From Oculina patagonica (Eukaryota), in NCBI RefSeq assembly GCF_052425735.1, contig NC_135762.1, forward strand, positions 30,690,001 to 30,754,000: a stretch of 64,000 nt of DNA. The letters are read 5' to 3'. Positions 31,313-41,400 of the stretch are shown piece after piece (position 1 is the first letter of the stretch; each line of letters opens with the position of its first letter). A model generated the notes under the pieces. The model was not told the DNA's origin, ran no database searches, and worked only from the letters and a program-made list of their open reading frames with translations. The position numbers and the translations under genes are program-made.

Positions 31313-32317
31313 ATGGATGCGTTAACGTTGGTCATTACTGGAATTTCAATTCCATTTCTCCTCCTAACTGTTTTGGGTAACTTTCTCGTCATGGCGGTTA
31401 TTAACAAAAACAAGAAACTTCAAAATGCGAACACATACCTGATCTCCAACCTTGCCTCTTCGGATTTCGGGTTCGCTCTCATCACCTTTGTCGAAATAAT
31501 TCTTGTTTCGAATAATATTCCATATTCCTCTTTTCAATTCGTCATGAACGCTCTGGTTTCAATTTATTTTCTCGTTGCTTTGGCAGTAGAAAGGTATTTT
31601 GGTATTTTGAAACCTTTTGTACACTTGAAAAGAGCGGGCAAGTCTCTGATGAGGAAAGTGATTCTCGCAATATGGGTGTTCGCTGCCGTTATAAGCGGTG
31701 CTGGATTTGGTATTGAATCTTTCCGCTGGCATCATAACGCTTCGGTGAACAAAACAAGCAGTTTACAGCACGGGAACGTAACAAGAGAGACACCTATTTG
31801 GCTTGAAACACTTAGCACAGTTTACATCTTTGTACTCCTTACATTTGGTCTTATTGTACCGAGTGTTGTGATGATTTTCTGTTATTCGCGGGTTATTTAT
31901 CACGTGTGGTTCAACACAGAAGACAACAAAGCAACAAATCTTGCTCTTTTCAAGTCACGACGAAAATTGACAAAACTTTTCATTATCCTTACGATAATTT
32001 TCCGGTTTACGTGGACTCCTACATTCGTAAGGCCCATCGTAACACGATTTGAAAATGAGGAAAACGCCAGGAAATACCAATTATTTTCCATGTTCCTTGC
32101 TCTGGTCGGTTCAGCAGCCAATCCTGTGATTTACTCATTTCGCTGTCCAAGATTTCGACAGGAAGCTTCTAAACTGTTAAACGGTCGTTGCTGTAAAAGG
32201 AGGAAACGGCTTAATGGCAACAGAATTTTTGCAACAAAAAGCTTTTCATTGAGGGAAACCAAGGGCCCGCCAGCTACTACTGTGTCAATTTCAGTTCGCC
32301 CTGCTGGACAACCATAA
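31313..32317 (+). CDS. Intronless class A GPCR, paralogue 3, 334 aa
   Basis: GN, LASSD, AVERY, WTP and NPVIY motifs; CC after helix 8; closely similar to paralogues 2 and 4. Confidence 0.9.
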   Translation: MDALTLVITGISIPFLLLTVLGNFLVMAVINKNKKLQNANTYLISNLASSDFGFALITFVEIILVSNNIPYSSFQFVMNALVSIYFLVALAVERYFGILKPFVHLKRAGKSLMRKVILAIWVFAAVISGAGFGIESFRWHHNASVNKTSSLQHGNVTRETPIWLETLSTVYIFVLLTFGLIVPSVVMIFCYSRVIYHVWFNTEDNKATNLALFKSRRKLTKLFIILTIIFRFTWTPTFVRPIVTRFENEENARKYQLFSMFLALVGSAANPVIYSFRCPRFRQEASKLLNGRCCKRRKRLNGNRIFATKSFSLRETKGPPATTVSISVRPAGQP

Positions 32318-34283
32318 AAACCAGTTTTCAAAAACAAATTGAAGTGACCTGCATGCATTGAATTCACTTGGAAGCGATATGTGCACTTATGATATGTTCA
32401 GCCTCGGATGCGTTCTTAAGATGTTTTAAACTTTAAGTCTTTCTCAACTTTGACGTTTTTTGGGACTTGCATGCCACCTACAATTTTCAAAATATAAAGG
32501 TTGGTCCCAACCCCTCTGAAAGATTTTTTAAAAGTTTGCTAAAAGCTGTATCGTGACATGTTATATATTAATCCCAACTCAATAATTAAAAGATAGGGAG
32601 TCACTGAGCTCATTTTGAGCTTTTAGCACTGAAATCTAAATAAAGGGTGTTTTAACAGGTTATACTATTGCTATGGTAACCACTTATGTCAAGAAAATGA
32701 TCACCCAATGATTGGGCATTTGTTTCATGTCATTACCATAATAGCAACTATCAGATGGGCTCTTGCAACTACGTGAGCTCTTTAGGCCTTGGGTTTTTTT
32801 TTTTTGTTTTTTTTTTCAATAAAGAGTTGTAGTTCCCATTCCCTTAATTCGCGCGGAAAATGTGACGCGTGCTGCCAATCATGACGTCATATCTATTTTT
32901 TACCAGTGTGGATGGTTTCCAAGTTCTATAAAGATTTATTTAAACAAAAATATCGAAAACAATAGATGGTTTTCGTAAGAAAATAATGCAAACTTGAGGT
33001 CTTGAAAAGCACGAAAAGCTCAAATATTGCTGATTAAGCACGGATCCATATAGTTTTTTTTAGCGATCACTGTTAATGGCGTAAAAAACGAGTTTCCTTC
33101 TTTTCAAATGAAATAAATAATATAAGGGGGAACTTTCCAATTAATCTTGAAATAATTGAAGCAGCTGAACATCAAACTGTTACAATGATTGAAAATGAAA
33201 TTAACAACTTTTAAACAGATACAAGCCAAATAACAGATGTCAGTGATATCTTAAAATTTCCAGCTGAAAAATAATTGACAAGTGAACGCATTAAGTTATA
33301 TTTGTGTTTTTCTTTTTTTCCATTGACCGTGATGTTTAAAACTGTTTTGTTTTTAAACTAGCAAGGCGTTTGAATAGCCGCAAAAGATTTGGTTTTATGT
33401 GAAATTTCATTTATGTCGCTCTGACAAATTTAGTCCCCAATAAAAACAATGTTGCCTCCTTTTGTGAGCCGGAAACGAGGCCATGAAAGTAATAACGCAA
33501 GGAACAAAATAGACTTACAATAATGATTATATTGATTGTTTTTATTTTTTAAAAATTTTTTTTTTAATTTTTTTTTTTTTTTTTTAAATAAAAAAAAAGT
33601 TTTCTGCCCCCAGCTTTACAGTAACTCAGCTGCCTCAATAAACATTGCACGAACTTGAGAAAATACTGTATTCCTGTTGATTTGCAAACAAAATTATTTA
33701 TTTACTCTGGTCATAAAAAGAAAACAATTATTAGTAATAGTGAAAATTTTTGTGGATCAGATAAAAAGGAATGAGAAACGACCTGTAGCTTTGAAATTTA
33801 ACTCTATTTGCCTACGCTACATACACCAAGAAAAATTATAATTGGGGAAAAAATGTTTTTTTTTTTTTATATTATTTACAATATAATCCTATCTGCGTGT
33901 GTTCTTAATAATAATAAAAATATTTCAACAGAGAGGCACATCACAAAAAGTGGTTTCAGTAAGGCACTGCATAAAATAAATTACAAATATGATAAAAAAT
34001 GATTAAAAAGTGAAAGTTCAGTTGGTGATTCATTGTACCATTTAGATGGTAAACATCGTGTAGTGTTGAGGAGCCAATAAAATTGAAAATTAAAAATGTG
34101 CTGTTAATACGACTTATGCACCCAACATCACAGCTTTGTTTGGCCAACGGACTAGCTTTAATTAAAAAACTCTTGTAAGTCATATATAAAGTGTTAATTG
34201 TATTTTACCGTTTATTGAACGAAGAAGGACCTTGTTTTATAATCAGTGCGTATATCTTGGGTTGCTGTAATATTTCTGTGTGT

Positions 34284-35327
34284 ATGGATGCGTTAACGTT
34301 CGCCATAACTGGAATTTCGATTCCACTTCTCGTTTTCACTATTTTTGGGAACGTTTCCGTCGTGGTGGTTATTAGCAAAAACAAGAAACTGCAAAATGTG
34401 AACACTTCCCTGATATCCAATCTCGCTTGGTCAGATTTCTGGTTCGCTCTCATCACTTTCGCCGAAATAATTCTTGTGTCGAACAGTGCTCGGTTTTCTT
34501 CGGTACAATTCGTCATAAACGCTTTGGCTTCAATTTATTTTCTTGTTGCTTTGGCAGTAGAAAGGTATTTTGGTATTTTGAAACCGTTTGTACACTTGAA
34601 AAGGGCGAGCAAATCTCTGACGAATAAAGTTATTCTCGCAGTATGGGTGTTCGCTGGTGTTTTGAGCGCTGTGGGATATGGTATAAACTCTATAGAAGGG
34701 CGGTATACTTGGAAAAACGCTACAGTGAATGAAACAAGCAGGTCACAGCTCGAAAACGTAACAAATGGAACAACTTTTTGGTTTGAAACTCTTAACACAG
34801 TTTACATAGTTGTGCTTCTTGTATTTGGTCTTATTTTACCAAGTGCTGTGATGATTTTCTGTTATTCGCGAGTTATTTATCACGTGTGGTTCAACACAGA
34901 AGACAACAAAGCAACAAATCTTGCTCTTTTCAAGTCACGACGCAAACTGACAAAACTTTTCATTATCCTTACGATAACATTTTTAATTACTTGGACTCCT
35001 ACATTCGGAAGACCCATCGTAAGACGATTACGGAATTGGGAAAACGCCCCGAAATACCAACTATTTTCCATGTTAATCGCTCTGGTCGGCTCAGCAGCCA
35101 ATCCTGTGATTTACTCATTTCGCTGTCCAAGATTTCGACAGGAAGTTTTCAAACTGCTCAACTGTCGTTGCGGTAAAAGAAAAAGTCGACTTATTGCGGG
35201 AAAGGGAGTCCTGGTTGCAAACAGCTATTCATTGAAGGAAACAAAGAAAACAACAGCTACTGTTGAACCCCTGTCAATTACATTTGACGTTGCTGGTCGG
35301 CAACCATTGACTGTATTGACTCTTTAA
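34284..35327 (+). CDS. Intronless class A GPCR, paralogue 4, 347 aa (start moved to ATG 34284, MDALT..., by homology with paralogue 3)
   Basis: The ORF track starts at a GTG (34191). ATG 34284 is in frame and aligns with the paralogue-3 start. Motifs: LAWSD, AVERY, WTP, NPVIY. Confidence 0.9.
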   Translation: MDALTFAITGISIPLLVFTIFGNVSVVVVISKNKKLQNVNTSLISNLAWSDFWFALITFAEIILVSNSARFSSVQFVINALASIYFLVALAVERYFGILKPFVHLKRASKSLTNKVILAVWVFAGVLSAVGYGINSIEGRYTWKNATVNETSRSQLENVTNGTTFWFETLNTVYIVVLLVFGLILPSAVMIFCYSRVIYHVWFNTEDNKATNLALFKSRRKLTKLFIILTITFLITWTPTFGRPIVRRLRNWENAPKYQLFSMLIALVGSAANPVIYSFRCPRFRQEVFKLLNCRCGKRKSRLIAGKGVLVANSYSLKETKKTTATVEPLSITFDVAGRQPLTVLTL

Positions 35328-36811
35328 TGACCTCCATATACAAGGAAGGAGGGTACCCCTAGTGTGCGAGCGCTGGTACAAACGAGAAAAAAGTTTATTC
35401 ACTTCATACATACAACATGGAGATTCATTCAAGTGAAGCATTTATTAAGTTTTTTTTGTATAAGGCTTCTCAAGATTTTTAAACCTTTTAAAAGTTCCCA
35501 AACGTATTAAAGTGTTTGTATCAAGCTGTATATATTAACGCACGTTCATGCCAGTTTCTTTGTGTCGTAAATTGCAAAGGAAAAAGGCTTGCCATTTTTT
35601 ATGAAACGATATTATAGCTGTAAAAAATGGAGCGCAGTTTTAGCCTTAACTGACGTCCGTATCTAGACCTCATATGCTGATAAGGAATGCAGTCTTATGC
35701 GCCTACTATCTAGCGCAAAGAGCGATGATAATGATGATGATGATGATGAATTATCTATAATACACTTCCCAAATTAATCGATATCTCGGCTTTCTATATC
35801 AGTTGTGAAGCCGACAACGCCCGCACAATCATGGTTTATCGGCGAGGAAACGATGGTGAGAGAGTCAACTTCATGATATTCGCAGAACGCACAGGGTATC
35901 AACCAGTGTTTATCATTTGTTCTTGCTCAATAAAAAAACTAATGTAAGAAAAGAGACTTACTAGTTTTTGTTGTTTCAAATGAAATGAAATAAATAATAA
36001 AAAAACAAATTGTGTAAAGGCATTCGTCGTTAGGCTGTTAAAAAAGGACTTGGAAAATGAGAAATTGCATGGTTGCAACCTACGAACTACCCAAAAGGTA
36101 TCAAGAAAAAAATATCAAAAACAAAAGTAATCAACACATTGTTACAAGAATAAATCATTTATTTTTTAAACTTCTTTTGTCTTTGAGTTTTCCTCGTCTT
36201 TGAAAATTTAATGAACAACAGAGGATAAAACTGAACATAACAGAACACAAATAACAAAATGGGACTGCTCACTGGCATCAAATCAGATTTGCTCCTTAAT
36301 ATCTGAAAAAAGAAAATAAGGTTTGAAATATTAATTCTATGATTAAAAAATCCATTAACTTCATTATACATACTAATTTGACATAAGGGCCTGGAGACGT
36401 GCTGCGTTCGGTCAGGCCATAAAGGAAATTTTCCCGCCAAATCGAGTGAGGCTGGCTGCGAGTTTAAGGGACGTGTTTTCTAAAGCACAACGATGACGTA
36501 TTTGCCTTTGTTTACAATCCGTCCCCAATTTAACTATCCTGGCCTTGTTTTTATTTGGTTTGGAGTGCGACTATTCCAACCAAGGACAAAAACGGAGGAA
36601 AACTCTGTGCAAAAGTAGGGAATGAATACCTTGTATGTTAACGATAAAATTTCCACGAATTGTAGATCTACTCCAACTGCATACTACAGAAGCAATATAT
36701 TTGTAACAATTTTTAACGTTTGGTCCATTTGTGAGGAATTTGCTTCGGTAGCCTTGGTTGAAGTAGTAAAGTTGTATCCCGCTAACTCGAACCTTTTTTA
36801 ATTCCCCTTTA

Positions 36812-37191
36812 GGCCATCCCAATAAAATGTTTCGTTTCTCATCGCCCGACCGACCCTTTTTTTTCGAAATGTAAAAAAAAAACCAAGATTCACTAGTCAA
36901 AGAGGCAGGTACTTTAATTTACAAGCACGCGATCTTGTTTTATTAACAACAATTGGTATGATGTGAGGTCCTTGTCGATCGATACCAAGTTTTTCGCGCC
37001 AAGGTCATTAACGATTGTTCCAACATTCTCAGCTAGATCGACTGAAAGAAAATCTTTCAGTTTTGCATCTCCTGGCTTCTTAAATGAACCCAGACCCCTT
37101 AAAGGTTCATTCTTTTTTTTTTGCCCGACCGACCGACCCACCATCACAAGCAACGGGGCGATGTGAAACGAAACATTTTATTGGGATGGCC
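36812..37191. mobile_element. Harbinger-like MITE (same family as 4584-5684) inserted in a CAGT...ACTG 'ATAACTCGAAC' MITE
   Basis: TTA|GGCCATCCCAATAAAATG ... CATTTTATTGGGATGGCC|TTA. The host family is also seen at ~100-176, 10882-11020 and 63352-63534. Confidence 0.75.
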
Positions 37192-38478
37192 TTAAGTCAT
37201 TTTCTTCTAATTTTACCCTCAATAACTCGAACTTCTGCTAATTCGAACCTCTTTTGCTTTCCCTTGAAGGTTCGAATTATCGGGATTCAACTCTAGTCAC
37301 ACTGCTAACAAGAAGTAGTTATAGAGTTTTCAACAATACGCTCCATTAAATTGAAATTTCGATTCTAACCGCAACATGACTGTATTCGTGACCTATCTAA
37401 TGTGTATTAGGCTTGGCAGACACACAAACTTGGATGATACGAAACAAACTTACGTTTTAACATACAAACACTACATTGGTCAATTTGTGAGGAATTTGCT
37501 TCGGTAGCCTTGGTTTAAGTAGTAAAGTTGTATCCCGCTAACTCGAAGATCGACTGAAAGAAAATCTTTCAGTTTTGCATCTCCTGGCTTCTTAAATGAA
37601 CCCAGACCCCTTAAAGGTTCATTCTTTTTTTTTTGCCCGACCGACCGACCCACCATCACAAGCAACGGGGCGATGTGAAACGAAACATTTTATTGGGATG
37701 GCCTTAAGTCATTTTCTTCTAATTTTACCCTCAATAACTCGAACTTCTGCTAATTCGAACCTCTTTTGCTTTCCCTTGAAGGTTCGAATTATCGGGATTC
37801 AACTCTAGTCACACTGCTAACAAGAAGTAGTTATAGAGTTTTCAACAATACGCTCCATTAAATTGAAATTTCGATTCTAACCGCAACATGACTGTATTCG
37901 TGACCTATCTAATGTGTATTAGGCTTGGCAGACACACAAACTTGGATGATACGAAACAAACTTACGTTTTAACATACAAACACTACATTGGTCAATTTGT
38001 GAGGAATTTGCTTCGGTAGCCTTGGTTTAAGTAGTAAAGTTGTATCCCGCTAACTCGAAGATCGACTGAAAGAAAATCTTTCAGTTTTGCATCTCCTGGC
38101 TTCTTAAATGAACCCAGACCCCTTAAAGGTTCATTCTTTTTTTTTTTGCCCGACCGACCGACCCACCATCACAAGCAACGGGGCGATGTGAAACGAAACA
38201 TTTTATTGGGATGGCCTTCAGTCATTTTCTTTAAATTTTACCCTCGATAACTCGAACTTCCGATAATTCGAACCTCTTTTGATTTCTCTTGAAGGTTCGA
38301 ATTATCGGGATTCAACTATAGTCACACTGCTAACAAGAAGTAGTTATAGAGTTTTCAACAATACGCTCCCTTGAATTGAAATTTCGATTCTAACCGCAAC
38401 ATGACTGTATTCGTGACCTATCTAATGTGTATTAGGCTTGGCAGACACACAAACTTGGATGATACGAAACAAACTTAC
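37036..38478. repeat. Near-perfect tandem triplication, 512-bp period
   Basis: GATCGACTGAAAG recurs at 37036, 37548 and 38060; identical 70-aa spurious ORFs at 37084 and 37596. Confidence 0.9.
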
Positions 38479-41400
38479 AGATTCAGTAGAGCTTTAGCAG
38501 TGTCGATTCCAGGGCGGTATTGTGATGAGCTGTTTGTACTGCCAAAAGCAGCGATTATTTCTTGGGGATTTCGAATGTAAATCTTGCCGTTGATCATATA
38601 AACATCCTTCGCTATGTTAAAATCTCTGAAGTAAAATACAAGCAAGAAGTAGAATAAAAAAACAATCTGGTATGAAGATATATATGTATCTCATCTAACT
38701 TAAGTGCGGTGTTTTAATTCTAATGAACGAAGTAAAATGAACATGTATTGGCATAACTTCTTTAGAGTTACTTGCGTTTTTATTTGCAGAACTCGGAAAG
38801 ACTAATGAATCCCCCCCCCCCCCCCCCTCACCCTCCCTCCCAATAAATGAGGATTAAAGCAAACAAAGCAAGCTTACCTTGGTATCTTAAAGCAGGGTGG
38901 GCCTCCTGTTTTCTTCCAATGCTTCTTACAGTAGTAGCACGTGCATCCCATTCTTGGATTCTGCTCATGATCAAGAGTAGACGGGCCACAGATTACATTT
39001 CTACCAAACTGTATGTCTAATAAAAAAGTACTCTTCTGGTTTTTAGCTTTAAGCATCTTTGCGTCCGTCATAATTACCTGAAATGGGACACAGTCATTAG
39101 AACAAAAATTGGTCAGCTTATAAGCAGGTTGTTTTAAATACATTTTTACGATTTAATTTCTCCGATTTCTTCGTGGTTTTTGAGAAGATATATTAAGCAC
39201 TCGAGACAGTGTTTCATCGGCTATCCAAACACCTCGAATTTCGTCACAAATACTCCGCTACGCGTCGTATTTTCAACTCTCTTCTCGGCGTTTCGATATC
39301 GCGATGAAACATCAAGTAAAAATTCATTCGAAATATGACAAGTGATACGAGCGCCAGTTTGACGAATTTCATTTATGAAAACTTTATAGTTAATGATTAT
39401 TATAACGTACGGTACTTACATTTCTCTTATGCCAATTTCTGTCATTCAGGTCTCTGGTCTTTTCATCAGGATTGAAACTTGCACCAAAAATCTTTATCAT
39501 GTCTTCAAACGAAGGGTTAATCAATTCGTCCACCAATTCCTTTACAACCTTGCGTCGTTCCTTGGTGTCTCGCTCAGTTTCCTGGTAAGCAGGATCCGGT
39601 AAAATCACCGACTTTGCAAAGGCGATCTCTTCTGATAGAGGCGTGTGAGGTCGAAGTGTTGCGGGATGTGAGAGTGCCTTGTGGATTATGCGGCGACGCA
39701 AAGCAGATTTCTTGTCTCGTACGCTGTCCATTTTCTCGTTCATTACGATTGACTTAAAAAAATAGAAAGAAAATAAAGAAAGCCAGTGAAACTTTCTAAT
39801 AACTTTTAGCGAAGACAATTTGATGCCTTATTTTACTCAAAAATGTTCATGCAATAACCCTCCCCCTTCTCATTGTCTAACTTTGTGATTACTCCCCCCC
39901 CCCAATTGGACACAGAGCTTTGCCCATACAGTTTATACCAGCGCAAAGCTTCCATAATATTTCCCTTACTTCTTATTTTTATCAACTTAATTTTGCCAGA
40001 AGATTATTTTCTTTCACGGATGTCTCTGTTTCCTTTAAGTTTGCTGTTTAATCACTTTTCGCTTTTCTGTGCTTTTATCTGCCAAGTGTTTATTTCCAGT
40101 CATTATTTTGTTCAGCGCCTTGTTAATATCACCATGGATATTGGTGATATTAACAAGGCTCTGAATAAAATAATGCTCACTGCCTTGTTCTGGGCACGAT
40201 GCATTGCTGAACGGACGTGTGTGTCCAGTTTCCGTAATATTCCGTCTGTTTCAGCGGCTCATACGTCTCATTAGATCCTTTCCTTTCTCATTGTCTAATT
40301 TTCCTATTATACCCTCCCCCACCCCCCTTGATTGGACACAGAGCCTTTCCCAGTTTACCGACGCAAAATTTCCCCCTAAGCGAAGTTTCATCATATTTCC
40401 CATACCCTTACTACTTGTCTTCATCAACTTACTTTTGCCAGTAGAATATTTTCTTTTATGGACGTCCTTGTTTCCTTAGTTTGCTGTTTAATGACTGTTC
40501 TCTTTCCCTTGCTTTTATCTGCCAAGTGTTTATTTCCAGTCATTATTTTGTTAAAACTCTTGTTAATATCTCCATGGAAACCACTAGAATATTGCCCGGA
40601 TGTAAGATGTTTGATAAAACGCCGATTGTCCAAAGCCTTTCGTCCGCCAATCATTGACTTTCCTGAAAGAAAAACGCAGCTTATTATGAAAATATTTACC
40701 AGAAACGATCGATATGCTCTGAAAACAAAATATTATACCAAACAAAATATTAAACCGAATGATTCCGGATTCCTACTTTAAAATAAGCAACATTTGCTAG
40801 TGAATCTGCAAGAAAGAATGATTTTGAGATAACTGGTGATAATATGTTGCACTGTTCGTTTAATAGTGACTCTAGCTTTCATTCTCTTTACATACTTGAT
40901 GCTTACCTTGCCGCAGTTCCGTAGAAGCGAATGGAGGTCGGGGTGGCGGAGGAGGCATAGGTTTACCTACAGATGACATCATACAATTCATTAAGTTTGT
41001 TTGTTCTGTTTACTATATGCATGAATTACTTTTTTCCCTTCTTCAAAATGGCCTTAAAAGATTTTACACTCCACTTGCAGTGAATGCAATTGAATTTGTA
41101 TCCATTACAGTTAATCAGGACCCGCCTACATTTTTATGAATTCCAAATTTAAATTTCGCGGCAGAAATCTCCTTATAATTTGGAGAATAGTTTAAAAATG
41201 GGATGAAGAGCTAATACCAAACAGTATCCAGTATTTTTTCTTTTAAGACGTATTTACCTAAGACTGGATCAAACATTAAAGAAGTACGTTCATCTATAAT
41301 TTCTAGTATAGTGAAAAAGAAAATCTCTACAGAAATGGCCAGCAAAATGCAGAGTAACAAACGGGCTTACCCTCCTCGGTAAGGACTTTCAAATTCATTT

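Noticed and set aside
23306-35327. Opsin identity for the GPCR cluster
   Set aside because: Position 7.43 is Leu, not the retinal-binding Lys, in all four proteins.
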